A stretch of DNA of 64,000 nt, taken from assembly GCA_034780895.1 (NCBI GenBank), contig JAUZTB010000042.1, positions 30,301,714-30,365,713 on the forward strand, in the 5' to 3' direction. This document shows positions 10,751 to 25,100 of the stretch, in pieces. A program made the translations under genes and the position numbers. The notes beneath the pieces are model-generated. The model ran no database searches. It saw only the letters and a list, made by a program, of their open reading frames with translations, and was not told where the DNA came from. The stretch comes from Rhynchobatus australiae (Eukaryota). Positions within the stretch are counted from its first letter, which is position 1. Every line of letters starts with the position of its first letter.

Positions 10751-13489
10751 TTGGTATATCTTGAATAATTAGATTTTTTTAAGAAGAAGTTCATGGCTTT
10801 CTCCCATTTTAAGCAGCTGCATCGCTCTTAACTACTGTCAGTGCAGGGCATGAACTGACAGCTGGCTAGTCTTATCAGTGCACTCATAAAAAGAGACCAT
10901 TGTTTAAAAAGTGGTGTCTGAGCATAAACCTTAAAGTTTAAAAAAAGGTGTGATTTTAAAAATGTGTGATTAAGTAATGACCTTGCATAACCCAGTCAAG
11001 CAAATAATCCCCAAAATATACTCACAAGTTACTCTTTCATATTTTGTTTATACAGAATTATTTAATTCCTTAATATTTTCATTTGAAATCACTGCATAAT
11101 TCAGTTTTAAAGGGGTATTACCAGAAGTACATTGTAATTTCTTTTCTGGGTTGATCTACAATGGGATCAAGACCAAGGGTACACACGTGGTAGAGCCAGG
11201 GAGCAAAGATAATTGGACTAGGTCATATCAACATAATTCAATCCCCAGATTAAAGTCATACATTCTATCCTTATTATTAATGTTTATTGTTAAATAAAAA
11301 CTTGCAACCATTAATTAACTCAAGAAATAGTTATTTGAAGAACTGGNNNNNNNNNNTTCTCAACAGTTCTGTGATGTCAAATTGAAACTCTATCCTGCCC
11401 TCATTGCAGTAAAATGCAATTTGACTGTGACAGATTTATATGGTCAGTTAACATCTTTAAGTGTGGAACCTGGAATTTATAATTGAACTTTGGAAATAAA
11501 TGTGTGCCAAACTAGGTCACCAGGAATTAGCATTCTGGGGAAAAAAAGGTAATTTTAATATTTTATGGATTCTGCAGATGCATTTGTGTATGAATTACAC
11601 AGATGTTTATGCAAAATTTTTTAAATATTATAATATTTATATAATGAATCAAATGATTAGCAAGCATTGATTGTTTCTGTAATTAAAATGTGTTTTAAAC
11701 TTATAGTTACGCTGCTCTGATTGAATTTTCCAGTTAGAAGGTGAGTAAAGCAGACTTTAACATTCAATCTCATTTCATGTCTCAGGAGACAGTTGACCAT
11801 TTTCCACAGATTGGAAGAATGCCTTTAAATGTTATGTTTTAAAGCAATACACATTCATACATTTTTTTTAGAAAAGGGATATGATAAAGTCATAGAAATG
11901 TGCCTCAGTTATCAGTGCTTGTTCACATTGGATGTGTTAGTTACTAGTCCTGGTATCCAGCAGGAGGGCTTTTTTCCAGTTGTGCACAGCAAGAATTAAC
12001 CATTACACCTGCCACCTTTTCTTACTCCCTGAATTCTCACTCCCAGTCTAATATAGACACCCAGGTAAATTGTTTTGGAACAAGAAGTCTGGGAAGGCTT
12101 GGTAAAATAACTCCATAGGGGATTTTGCCAAGATCAAATGGTTTTGATACTACAGGATAAGTAGAAATGACCTGTAGAAGACAGTGGGGTAGAATTTGCC
12201 CATTATTTTGTATCTTAAAGGCAACTTGCATTAGTTGAATTATGACTTCGTAGCCGCAATTCTGCATATTCACTGTGCTATGGAATAAAATCTCTTAATG
12301 AGATGAGCCCAGATGCAAATTAAGTATTTTTTTGGTTAGCTTTAAAGCATTGAAGAGTTGTTAGTGCAGATTACAAAAATATGGATCACTTGTAGTGGTT
12401 ATGGAATTATATTTTGTGACCCAAATTAGGCACTAATGTTCTTATTTATGTTTGCTGAACAGTTTCTCTTGTGAGAAGTCCACATAGTTGGAGAGAGCAG
12501 CATACAATGTCAGTTGTACTGAGTGCCATGCTGGCAGTCAAATATCAACATGGATGATGACCCCTTCTATAAGTTAGAGCTGGCTCAATAGTAAGTCTGG
12601 CTGACTACTGAGGGAATTAATGCCTCCAAGAGTGGAAAGAGAGGAAGAGGAGGGAAGAAAATAGCCACAATTCCTGAACGGAGTTGAGTGAAATGGAATG
12701 GTAAGACTCCTCTTATGTTTCCTTTCATACAAAAGTCATGAAAGTGACTTTGCTCTTTAGCATTCACATCGTACTGTTTTCATATTAAGTAACTGTGCAT
12801 TTATTTACGAGGCCAAAATAACATGGTCAGTTTTCATTTTGCCCGGCTGTGTCCAATGCAATTTTATGCTTCTTTTAATGGTTTAGTGTTAAGTCACTTT
12901 AGGTTAGGATGTGGCCCTTTAGATGGTCCTTTAAACCCTTTAGGATTTCAACTCTCTATTTCCAATATGAAACAATTGGTTAAAATTGGTTCTATGCTTT
13001 TATCAACTCTTGGAGCTGCCTCCAAAAACTGTAAGCCTCATGCAATTTAGTGAGATGAAATGTAAGAGGAGGAGAAGAGGATGCATTTATTTAGTCCCAT
13101 TTGGTTTCTGTATTAATTTTCTTCTATTTCCAGATGATTCTGTTTCTCGGTTAGTCGAGCAGTAGCAAGCATGAAAATCTATTTAATTATTAGTTGGACC
13201 AATGCAATTTTGAATATTTTTAATTAATATATTTGTATTTAATTCTATTTATCAGATTTTACTGAGTTAATGATGTTACACACTGATTCACTGTGAAATG
13301 GNNNNNNNNNNNNNNNNNNNNNNNNNNNNNNNNNNNNNNNNNNNNNNNNNNNNNNNNNNNNNNNNNNNNNNNNNNNNNNNNNNNNNNNNNNNNNNNNNNN
13401 NNTCCCCTCGAACGTTAAGGAACATTTTTGGTTGGTATGTCTAAGTTCTTAAAATAGTTTCCTGAATTTAAAAAAAACCTGTATCATGA

Positions 13490-13760
13490 CCCTTTGATCC
13501 TCTGGTATGCCAAATACCTACAAGTTGTATCCTTCACTCTTTCCAGATCATTCAATTTAGTAGCTATCTTAGTTTTTTCCTCCTCAGCAAGGTATTCCAT
13601 AGTGGCCCCCAGCTCAGTAATTCACTGGTCATGCACAGTTAAGGTTTCCTCCACTCCTATAAATCTTAGTTTTGTCTGTGTCAGAGTGACAGTAAGATCT
13701 TTGACATCAACTCCCAAAATGCAAACACCACTCAAAATCTGCCTTAGGGATAGCTTCTCC
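13490..13760 (-). mobile_element. L1-clade LINE ORF1 relic
   Basis: Coiled-coil-like 'VKDLTVTLTQTKLRFIGVEETLTVHDQ*ITEL...KIATKLNDLE', then after a frameshift 'SEGYNL*VFGIPE'. This equals the L1 ORF1 motif 'KLDDLENRSRRNNLRIFGIPE'. Confidence 0.7.
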
Positions 13761-15599
13761 CTGGTGCTTACCACCATGTCTGAGTTTGGCTGCTGCTCCA
13801 TACTAAACGAGATGGCATTAAGCCAAGTGGGTTGAAACACGGTTGAGACAACATCATGCTGAGTATTCTGAGTACTGTTTTTATGCTGGCTGTGCTGTGA
13901 TTTGTGGGAATTACATTTTTCATTGAGTAAGCAACTTTACTATGATCTTTACACTCATGTAAACACCAGGAAAGGTAGTTTCTTGGCAATTTAATGCTCT
14001 GCAATACAAAAAATCCATAGCAAATGCCCGTTCTGAATCCCATCACCAGAAATCCTTCAAAGCATTATTCAAGTGTAGGGAGGTACTGAAAGAACTGGAC
14101 ACTAATGGGGAAACATACCAACTATTCCTTTAAAATATGTGTTCAAGATCTTTATGGGAATGTACTTAATGGAGGATGACTGCCACTTCTAAGACAACAA
14201 ATGGTTGGAGATTAACATTATCTTAGATAACATTTGGAAGACCAAGCTTTGATGACTATGATTACTCTAAGCACCCATTATAAGATGGTCGTAAAACACC
14301 TAAACTCCCAGTTTAAATCACTCTAGTACTGTGTTTTCCAGTGATGTCCCAGGCACTAGAATGGCCTCCCTCCAATGACCTCCAGCTTTCTACCTCCTAT
14401 TTTTACCTCCATAAAACCTATCTTTGACTTTGTCTGCCCAACAATGCTTTCTGCAGCTGTGATTTGCTGATATATTTGTGAAGCTATATTAAAGATCCTG
14501 AATAAATACACATCATTACTGTAAATGTCAAGCTTCAATGTGAATGTTACCTATTCTTAAATCTCAACTCATTGAACATAATGATCCATTAATTGTCTAT
14601 TTTTTTTGAGGTGCAAATGAGTATATTGGGTTACTATGCTAGCCATTTAATTCACATCTATTCCAGACTGATATTCGTCCTCAGTAAGCTGGAAGGGGAG
14701 ATGGAACCATTGGCTAAAGAACGCAGTTTGTGGAGGATACCGAAGGCAGCACTTAGCTGTTAATTCAGAATAAAAACAGAAGAACAGCTGGGCTGATGAA
14801 GGAAATAAACAATGGTGCAGTAAACAGGTAGTTTGCTGAAGATTGTGTTAAGGGATATACCTGAGGGTGTTACATGGCATCTAGCCCATGTTACATGGGA
14901 TCGACACTGATGAGTTCAAATTAGGAAATGTTTCTGTCCCCAAACTAATAATCCATCGTCTTGGTGAGCAGTAAAAATTATACAGTATTACTAGTTTCAC
15001 ATATTCAAAGTAGAACATCTTATAAAGTCTACATGGTTGGTGCATGCTGCTCAATGCATGGTGTATTGGTTTTGCTTTCAATTTCTCATTAAATTAATCT
15101 TCATTTTTTTCTCTACTTTTTGATTTTTCCAGTGGTGAATGCATGGATGAAATTATATACTTTGTTGTTCTCAACCAGGCAGAAGCTCTATGTGAGGGCA
15201 TAGTTAGGGGGAGAGCAAATGGTGGTTGAGGTCAATAGTGTTTTATATTGGATATCTCAAGTTAGATTGTTTAAATGAAAATCATTGACATTTTACACAC
15301 CATATACCTCAGACTCCATTACAAGGTGTAACTTGGAAACATTTTGAATTATTTTGATACATGTTCATGGAGCAGGCTGGAACTTCCTGTTGGTTGGTTC
15401 CTTGAACTAAGTGCCATGCTAGGCCCTTTCATATGGAAGTTGAGGGTCAACCGCATTCGTGGGAGAGGAGCCACCTTGGCTGTGACATATGTAAATTGGT
15501 ACCATGAAGGATTGGTGCTGGTTGATGTTGCAGCAATATTGTTTAAAGTAGAAGAGTTTGCCTGTTGCTGTGTAGACAAATCACAATAGGAAGAATGTT

Positions 15600-16450
15600 A
15601 TCAGTGACAATGCAAGTTTTTAAAATTTAGTTACCCAGGTCTTGAATTACTGTTTTCCAGAATTGTCAAGACATGGTGTCAGAAGAGCGGTTGATGAGGG
15701 TTTAGATGTCATGCTTGAATTGGATCCCTCCCAATGGCGATAGCATGTGGATGTGCAGCAAGAACGAGCTGTGTGATTCAACTGAGATACCATGTGAGTG
15801 GCTGGATTACCAGGCAAGTAACTTGTCTAAAGAGAGAGTGGAAGAAGTTGTTAACCTTGTACATTGATCTGGCCATGCAGATAAATCAGAGCAAACTGAA
15901 GTAAAGATGTTACTGTATGTGACTGGTCATAGAAAGAGAGAAAAAATTGTGTGATATCATAAAATTCTCAAATGAGTCCCTGGAAAATGCACTGGATTCA
16001 TTACAGGCACATTGTAACCCGCCTGGCAATGAAGCAGTTGACTGTTACTGTTTTTTTTACACTCAGCCAGAAGTAGGGAGAAACCATTGATACTTAACAG
16101 AAGAGCAGAAAATTACAGATCATCAGAGATTGGATTATTTGTGAAATCCAGGAGTGCAGCCTTGGGGAACAATCAGTGCAAGATAGAGTTAACACTGCAA
16201 GAGTGGATACAGACGTGAAAAACTGCAGAGTTATGAAAAACCAGGCTAGAGATATTGGATGGCCAACAGCAGGAAGTACATGCAGTGAAGCATGACACAA
16301 AAGGCAGAAAAGGGAGAGTGCAGTTATGATAGCTTAGTTTTTGTAAGTATTGTGGACAGCAACATGAGTGGCTGAAAATGAAGTGCTCTGTGTATGTGGA
16401 AAAATGCACACAATGTGAAAATCGTTTCTACAAACAGTGCAAAATGAAAA
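15600..16450 (+). mobile_element. Ty3/Gypsy LTR retrotransposon relic (LTR end, PBS, gag)
   Basis: ...ACA followed by TGGTGTCAGAAG (15674-15685; complement of the tRNA-Leu 3' end). Then decayed gag: 'TLYIDLAM..DKSEQTEVKMLLY', 'LENALDSLQAHCNPPGNEAVD', 'IRDWIIC' and zinc knuckle 'CKYCGQQHEW...C'. Confidence 0.75.
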
Positions 16451-18419
16451 GGACATGAAACACGCATTCAGTATTATCCCAAACCAAGTTAAAGATGGAA
16501 GGTTAGATTTTATGGCAGTTCAGCAGTCTTATCAACACTAGTTTATTATTAAATACCCCAGTTACATTGGTGGGATTTGATCCTGAGTCTCTGTCACTTG
16601 TCTAGGCCTCAGGATTCTGGTCCAATAATTTGACCACTTTGTTTCCATACATTATCATTTTTAATTAAAGACTAACCCATCTGCAAGTAGTCAACGATGT
16701 TTAATTTTTCCATCCTGCAGAAGCCATCAGAAATTTTATTCTTCAAGCCTGACATTCCTGGGTATTTAAAAAAAAACACAAGTTAATTAGGAAATTTAAT
16801 CTGGTAGCAGAAATCTCTGCTTGATGCAATCTTTATATTAACCATGCTTAACAGGTGGCTGTGTAAAAACCCACATTCAGCAGCTGTTTCACCTCCATCA
16901 CAGCTTCTTCAAAATGGTTTTCCATTTCTGCTTTGCAGCCCTAAAATTCTAACTTTTATACAGCCAAGCAGAGAGGCCCTGAGCAGTGGTGGGGCCCTGA
17001 GTAATGTAAAGTGATAACATGGATGCACCAGTATAATCCCTGAACACCTCTACATTTTTGATGGAGAGTAAAGCTAACACTGTAAAACATCTTAAAATCT
17101 AATAATTACTAAAATTTTAAATATTAATCAAACAATAAATAACAAAATATTCAACCAAACAAAGTCATTAAGAATATTAATTTGTTCTTAATGGTCTTCC
17201 TTGCAGTCCCACAATCACTTGGTGCAGGATCCATGTGCATATTCTCTTCATCAATGATGGAGAAACTCAGAAAGCCCTTATCCTACTGTTGGACTCCACA
17301 AGGAGTCCAGTCATGGAGTGCAGCCAGGAAATCACCAGCAGAGTTCAGCCAATTGGTTTGGATTTTCCACACTTGTATGAGTGTCCCAAAATTCATTGAC
17401 ACACTGAGAGAAGTTGACAATTCTGGATGGCACAACCCAGCAAAGTTGGGCCTATGTATTTTTAAATGAGACTTCAGAGCTGAAAGAGATTAAAAAGACA
17501 TTGGGCATTTAAAATAAAGCATTAATCATTGTCAATCCTCTGGAAACTAAACCTCATGGATAGTGAAGGCCACTACTCTTTTCTGTGAAATCATTGATGC
17601 TGCAACTCCTTCAAAAGCATGAACCTGCAAAACAGTTGAAATTTCAGATTATTTTATTTGCAATAATTAATTTATGCAATTTTATTGCTACATTTGACAA
17701 CAGAAGGGCTTGTACTGCTTATCACCATTGCATTGGAGAGCTGACATATTTCACCACACTAATGGCAGCCTCGGAGTCATTATCGTTTAGTAGACACACT
17801 TGTTTGCATCTCTTGGTGAGCCTGCATCAGCTTTGCAACAGGTGACCTAGGAGGTCTTCCACAGCATTGAGAAGAGCTGGTCAATGTGCTGCCTGCAAAA
17901 ATAACTAAAAACCCTATCAAGATGCCCTTGCTTGACAAGACTTGTGCAGCACTGTGCTCCAAAAGTAGTTACACAGGTCCCTCTTCCAGCTGTTCATGCT
18001 TCCTTTGCATCTCTGAACAGTGGAGACATAGGAACTGGAAGCAGACATTTCAGGTGCTGAAGAAATGAGTTTGATTGTACTTGTGAATGCATTTCAATTC
18101 CAATTTCACACTTTAGTTCCAAACCCAACAAAATCAATTGACTGATGTCTTGAAAGTTTTAAATGCCTCATCTTCCACAGCATTTTGGATTTCCACTAAC
18201 CATTGTGTGAGAAGGAACTTCCCGACTTAATTTGCAAACTGTCCTTGTTCCAAATTTACAATTGTATCCTGTTGAAATGAATTATTCCATCAAAGGAAAT
18301 GGTTGCAATGTATCTACCTTTTAAACTTGGCTTCTGTTCCTAAAATGTTATGAAATCTATTAACTATTTCAATATAATGTTGACAGATCCATATGCATCC
18401 CCTTGGAGGCCAATATATA

Positions 18420-18600
18420 TCACCTGAAAATACTGAAATACTTAGCAGATCGGGCAACATTTGCAGGGAGCAGGACAGATGAAAGGTCTGCTGAAATGTC
18501 ATTCACCTGAAACTTTAACTCTTTCTATTTCCAGAGATGGTGGCTGGGTATTTCTGACATTTTCTATTTATTATTTCAGGTTTTCAGCATCCCCAGTATG
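18420..18600. repeat. Decayed inverted Penelope terminal-repeat pair
   Basis: 'ctgaaaatactgaaatacttagcagatc' faces 'gggtatttctgacattttc...tttcagcatc', with a central 'cctgaaactttaactct' remnant. Confidence 0.45.
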
Positions 18601-18650
18601 GCACTTTTGTGTTATTTCTCACCTGAATTTTGGTGTCCAAAAAGGAATAT

Positions 18651-19193
18651 GGTGGTCCAGATGTGGTGTAACCAAGATTCCATACAACTGAAGATAGTGT
18701 TCCAGATGGGCCATAACCAAGTCTCTGTACAATTAAAGATGGTGCTGCAGATGTGGTCAGAGCAGATCTGTATAACTGAAGGTGGTGCTCCAGCTTGGGA
18801 CAGACCAGGTTGCAGTACAACTGAACTTGGGGCATAACAAAGGCCTGTTGATTATGGTGCTTCAAATGTGGCCAGCCCAAGTCTGTTCATCTGAAGATAT
18901 TGCCCCAGCTATGGTCTTACCAAGTCACTATGCAATTGAAAATGGGGCACAACCAAGACTCTGTACAAATCAATAGGATGCTCCAGCTGTGGTCGACCAA
19001 GTCACTGCGCAACTGAAGACAGTATTCCAGCTATGGTAAGACTAAATTTGTATTGCTGATAGTTGTGCTTGAAGTTGGTACTCCAGATGTACAAATTGGT
19101 CTGACTGCAATTTAAGTTAGTTCTCCACGTGGTCTGTACAGCTGAAAACAATGCTGCAGATGCAGTGAGACTAACACTCTGTACAATTGAAGC
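18651..19193 (-). repeat. Degenerate ~45-bp minisatellite derived from a CR1 ORF2 motif (about 12 units)
   Basis: Plus-strand consensus approximately ggtgctccagatgtggtctaaccaagtctctgtacaactgaagat. Its antisense reads LQLYRDLVRPHLEH, the CR1 'LYKTLVRPHLEY' motif. Confidence 0.8.
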
Positions 19194-22100
19194 ATCACTC
19201 TTCCCCTATGCATTTTTTATATATCTGAGCATTAGGTTTTAGTGATTTGGGTATATGGATACCGAAATTTTTGGGTCCCCAACTTTTGATGCTACTGCAC
19301 ATGAAAGCCTCCTGATTTAGCTCTCTGATTGAAGGTGTATTATGCATTGAACTTAAGGTCCAGCTACCAGTTTCTCCCAGCCAGTTGGTCTGTCTATGCC
19401 CAACTATCCAACATAGGGTCACCCACAAACCTTTCTTCAGTCAACTAATTAACTGCTGGTCATGTGCTGGCATAGACAGCCATTTGGAGAATCTGGTTCT
19501 CTTTTTTCTGGACAAGTACTAACTATATATATATATATGTTGCTAATAACAGCCTTTACCAACTTTTATAAAGGAACTTCTGGAGAAACACATCACTTCT
19601 TTGAAGGGCAGCTGTCTTCAAAAATGCCACTAGATTAATGACCTACCCTTCACAACTCCACACGGAATCTCTTTGATCAACAGATACCTGTACACATACT
19701 CATCCTGTGTTTCTGATGATTATGAGCCCTAACAGACAAACCTATGTTCCTGTCAGGTCAGTGCAAAATAGATATATCCAGGATAATGTACTGGATATGA
19801 TGCAGTTCTGAATGACAAGTGATTTCTTATACATTGATTAACCTAGCATTGAATGGTAAAGGTAGATGGAAACAAAGTTTGTTTTTGCGTATATTAATTA
19901 AAGATCACCAACACAAATTCCATGTTATTGTTCACAGGAGGTGTAAAGACAATACATCCTACACAGAGATTTAAACATCACTTACACAATGTATTGTTCT
20001 GTTGCCAAGGTGAAGTCGAGTGTCAAAACCTGTTCCTTTAAGGCTTGGAAGTCTAGCCATTGTTAAAAGGCATAATCTGAGACTAATTGAAGGATAATTG
20101 CTGGGGTGATTTCACTCTAAACTCTCAGCTCTTTTTAAAATCTAGACCTCTCAGAAGTCAGAATAAAACTATGAAAAAAAATAGCAATTGTCTTATAAAT
20201 ATTAAAACCGGAACAAAGTCCCACGGATAACAAAATTCAGCAACTGCATCTTGATGTTACTGACTCAACTGGTGGGATTGTTTCTCTTATTCAGGCTTTA
20301 CTGAGCGTTTTAACCTTCAAACCTGGATTATTTGAAATCAAATTCAGACATTTTAAAATGTAGTTGCTTGCACTGCAAAAAGTGTTCCAAGTTTTTTTTA
20401 AATGACATTTAAATGGTCTCAATACAAGTTTTATTGTAGGGATTTTCAAAATAAATTGCTCTAATGTATGGCTGAAGGCATCTCCACCTAACATGGCAAA
20501 AGCCAAGTCAATATCAGTTATCCATAGACCTTCCAGGATTTTGTTTCACTCTGATGACTTCCAGCCAAGTTAAAAAGAAGTTGCTTTCAAAATTGAATTA
20601 ATGTAGGAGCATGGTGTACCTTTCAAACTTTGTCATCATGTTGTACCACCAGGGGGAAGAACTGAGCTTTTGTTGCTTAGAGGGACAGAAAATGTGCACA
20701 ACCTTCCCGCAAGCTGCTGTTCATACACTGTAGTGTCTACCATTGGAAGAACCAAGAGTACCAATGACCTGCAAGGTGCCTTGGCCAAGCAACAATAAGT
20801 AGCATTAGGTTGGAGAGAGGTGAAGTCAATAACCAATACCTTCCCTTCAAATTATTTATTTACATCTTTCTTCGATACTGAAATGTTTAATATGTTATTT
20901 GTATGCTAGCATCCTTTAGAATTAGTTATTATTTATGCTTAAACCCTCACAGTGAGAGGGAGCTAGCTACTTGAATACTGGGGCATCACAGCTGAGCATG
21001 ATCATGCCAAATAGAATACTATCAGTAACAAAAAGGGGAGCATTGACTGATTTTCCCAAACAAGCACCAGGGATAAGTAATTCTAAGGTGGTTCCCTCAC
21101 ATTTAAGAGAATCTTTAACCAATTGGCGGTGTATTGAAATGTGAAGAAACAAATACCTGAGCTCTTTAATAAATAACATGGGATATACATTTTTATTGTA
21201 ATTACTACATTCCTGCCATTTCCTTCCCTTGTAAAAAAAATTATTGCAATGAATCATGTACTGATAGTTCCTTCTATAAATCAGCCTCAATAAACTGAAA
21301 TAGTGGTTGAGTCCAAGTTTATGAAACCAAGGGAGATCAGCCATAGCTAGGGCTTTAAAAATATAGGACTCTTTTAAGTTTCAATATTGATTTCAAGTGG
21401 TCTATTCAAGTGTTACTTCCAATAAAAAAAGGCACTCTACGATAAGAGTTTTGGGGACTGTGTTCAATCACGTAAACAGTTATATGCCAGTGTTAAAATG
21501 ATAAAGTCTCAGAATCAACATGGGGATCACAGAGGTTATTACATTTATTTGTGCTGAACAGACAGTGATAATCCTTAAAAGGAACCTTCTCAGCAAGCAA
21601 GCATTTCCAAGTACAATCAGACAGCTTCTCTAAGTGAATAGCAAAGCAATAAAGTTACACACTCAAGGTACAGGGAGAGCAGTCTATCATTTTCAAGCTC
21701 CCCCGCAAACCAAGACTAAAATTCGTAAAATGGCAGAAAAGTTAAAATGTCCAGTCTTTGAGGTGACCAGTCAGAAGAGAACAGTCATATAAAATTTATC
21801 TCCCAAAAAAATAAACTATGTATAAAAAAATTTATGATGCTCTCTCTGGTCTACTGGCCATAAACAATTGAATAGGTTTTCAGCTTGAAACTGAGGTAAC
21901 AGTAGGCCCCAAGAGGTAGTAGTGTGTAATTGATTGTACAACATACAGAGAAATACATGATAAACATTAGCATTTGAGAGGCTTCCCAGAGCTAAATGTC
22001 CAACACGTAACAAAAGGCTTCCTTAGGTTGTGTTAGACCAAAACTGAGGTAAAACTTTACAGGGTTCTCTTTTAAATCAAAGTACATGGAATGATTTTCA

Positions 22101-25100
22101 AACAAATCCTAAGTTTAAAAAATTGCAAGGCAGTTTTTTTTTGGAGGATTCAATTAATGAAAAAATGTGGGGAAAATACAACTAGTTATTAGCTCAGTCT
22201 TCAATAAACAGACAGGTTAAGCACCATATTGTCTGAGGAGCCAGTCGAGTTTATGTCAAGGTTTTATAAATTCTGATGGAAGCCAGAAGGAATCAGCTTT
22301 GGTTGTACTTTGGCTCAACACTAAAGCCTTACTGTCACGGATTCTCCTGAGAAACTACCCCCTCCCCATCTCCCCGGCCCATTAAATGTTAAAAGTAGCG
22401 ATATTGACAAGCAGAGAAGCAAGATAAAACTCTACATAAGAAGCATTTAAAAATACATCTGGTTGAAACATATTACAAAAAGGTAAAAAAAAGAAATCAC
22501 ATTTGTGTAAAATACATGAAAATATGAATCAAGTACTTTTCTTACAATCTACTAATTTAAACACATATTCTTGATTGAATTATACAAAAAAACTGAGCTT
22601 GTATTTTTCACCTACAAAGCTTCACGCTTCTTTTGAAGGTTTCAGAATAGAAAGTAATTTAAAATGCTTTAGTGTCCAAGGTTATTTTTTTTCTCTTTTT
22701 TACAAAAATACTTTGACTAGGGATTAGTTGCAGTCCTAAAATTTTAAACGATATTTTAAAACTGGTGTTGATAATAACAAGTCTGTTCCTTTTTAATATC
22801 TGGAGGTAGGTTTTGGTCAACTGATTAGTCCATTTGCCTTGAATTCATTTGAGGTACAAACTCGGACAGTTATTTTTCAAACACTACTGATAAAAATGAA
22901 AAATGAAAGCATTAGAGACATTTCCATTTCATTAATTGTAACATAAGGAAAAAAGATCTGTTAAAAAGCAATGAGTAATTCAGTAAAAAAAATTATATTC
23001 AAGTTAAAAGTACAAACGGAAAATGAGTTGCATTAACTGGCACTAAGCAACTCGTAAAAATTCAGCAATTATATTGCAGTATAGAAATGCATTCAGGTAT
23101 TCTGGTTTCCTCTATTAATATTTAAACTGCAGAACCAAAATGAATTAACAGGTATCAGTGTTTATCTGTCCATTAATTTGGAAAAACCTGCATTTATGTG
23201 TATAGCAGCATGTACCCGAGAGGCTGTCAAACTATTTGAATTAATCAGAGGTAGTTACAGATAATGGGGTAATATTGCAACTGTCACTAAAAGTGCTGGT
23301 TTGACTGAGTATTCTTTTGGATTGTTGGGAAGGAGGAGGAATGGTTTGAGGATCAATTGCACAGCACATGTTCCCAAAATCAAGAAATGTGTTTGCTCAA
23401 CCTAGCCACATGTCAGTGCATTGGAGGTAAAGTCACCTGTATATGTGATTCTTACTGGCTGACTGGTGGGGAAAAATCAGTTCCCTTTCTAAGTTTCAAT
23501 GACTTACACTGAAGTGGAATTTCTTGATTTCCTTTTGTCGTCCCTACAGAGCTGTAAAAAAAAAAGTCAATTGTTCATTCTTCCCTTCAGTTACTGAATA
23601 TAATTTTTAGGTGTTGAGTTAACAGCAGAATTAAATATATATATAAAATCAGCCCTAGGATTTTCCTGAATTACAGTAAGTGAAAAACATCAATTAAAAA
23701 AAAGTCTACTATAAAGTTTCTCTAAGAGCAGTGCCTATCCCTCATCTTTGGTGTTCTATACAGGGTGTTTACTAAGTTAGGGAGGGTGGGTGTTTGGGAC
23801 ATTACTGTCCATCATTTTTATGCAGGAAAGTTGGTTCTATCAAATTGCCCATATTTTGGCTNNNNNNNNNNNNNNNNNNNNNNNNNNNNNNNNNNNNNNN
23901 NNNNNNNNNNNNNNNNNNNNNNNNNNNNNNNNNNNNNNNNNNNNNNNNNNNNNNNNNNNNNGCAATAACTCAGATTGTATAATACCTTGAAATTTATTTT
24001 AATTTCTGAGCACGATTTACTTGAGAAATATTAGAAATAATCAAGTATGTGGATATTGAAATTATGTAGTATCTGACTTACTGTTTTATTAAAGAATTCT
24101 ATTTCTTTCTGCTTGTTCAGATATCTACCAGTAACACACAATGCAAATCAAAGGTCCTGGGCAACTGATCTTCATCCACACATCTAGCTGGTTATTCAAT
24201 GATATAATTCATTTACCATGCACATCAAACACATGAATTGATCTCCTATAATTTTTAATTGACTGTAAGATATTGAAGCTGATATTTCACTTTTGCATAA
24301 ATAATTCCCTGGGAGGAATATAAGTAGAGAATAGGGAGACATGGATAATCCTACAAGAGTTCACTTAATTATCCACAAATAAATTAGGGTTGAAAATAGG
24401 AAAGCATCTTTACGGGTGTGTGCTCATTCTCATACAATTTTTCTCAGTGGACTTTATGCAGGCAACTATTTTTGTTTAACCACGAAACAGGAACTTAGTT
24501 GTCATGATCCTGCTGGTGTATGACTCCCATGCTATTCCTCAGATTGTAAAGCATATTCCTTTTCTCATGTATACTATCAGCTACAATATTGCTAGCGTTG
24601 CACCTTGTTATCTCCATTGCTCTTCAAATTGCGTGTTTTGTAGTCCTAGGCCATTCCATACCACAGCTGCACTTATTGTGCTGTTGTATTGTAACCCTTG
24701 TTGGACAACTGTCCTGGTTAGACAATGATTTTCTTCATTTGCATTACATATAGTCAGGCCATCTGTTCTGAATTAGTACTAATGCAACAGATTTTAAAAA
24801 ATTGAATAAGATTACTTGGAAATGATAGCGAGTTTAAAAAAAAACTAAGGAATTGCAGTTAACACTTATTTAATGCACACTTAGTGAAGCAAGTGTAAAT
24901 TAGACCCTCAGGAAAAAATACCTTATTAGTACATAAATGGTTGCAGTTGGATATTCTCTTCATAGATCTTTAAGATGACACCTATAAGAGATCAAAAGAT
25001 GATTCATGAGGAAGAATAAATAAATAGTTAAATACAAGAATGATAACAAAATCTCAACATAACTGGCAAAATAAGTGAACTCCTTAATCTCATAATAAAA

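Noticed and set aside
12550-12612. C/D-box snoRNA (ATGATGA...CTGA)
   Set aside because: No terminal stem, no recognisable guide sequence, and not in a same-strand intron.
18651-19193. CRISPR-like array
   Set aside because: Vertebrate context, diverged units without unique spacers, and the unit is explained by CR1 sequence.
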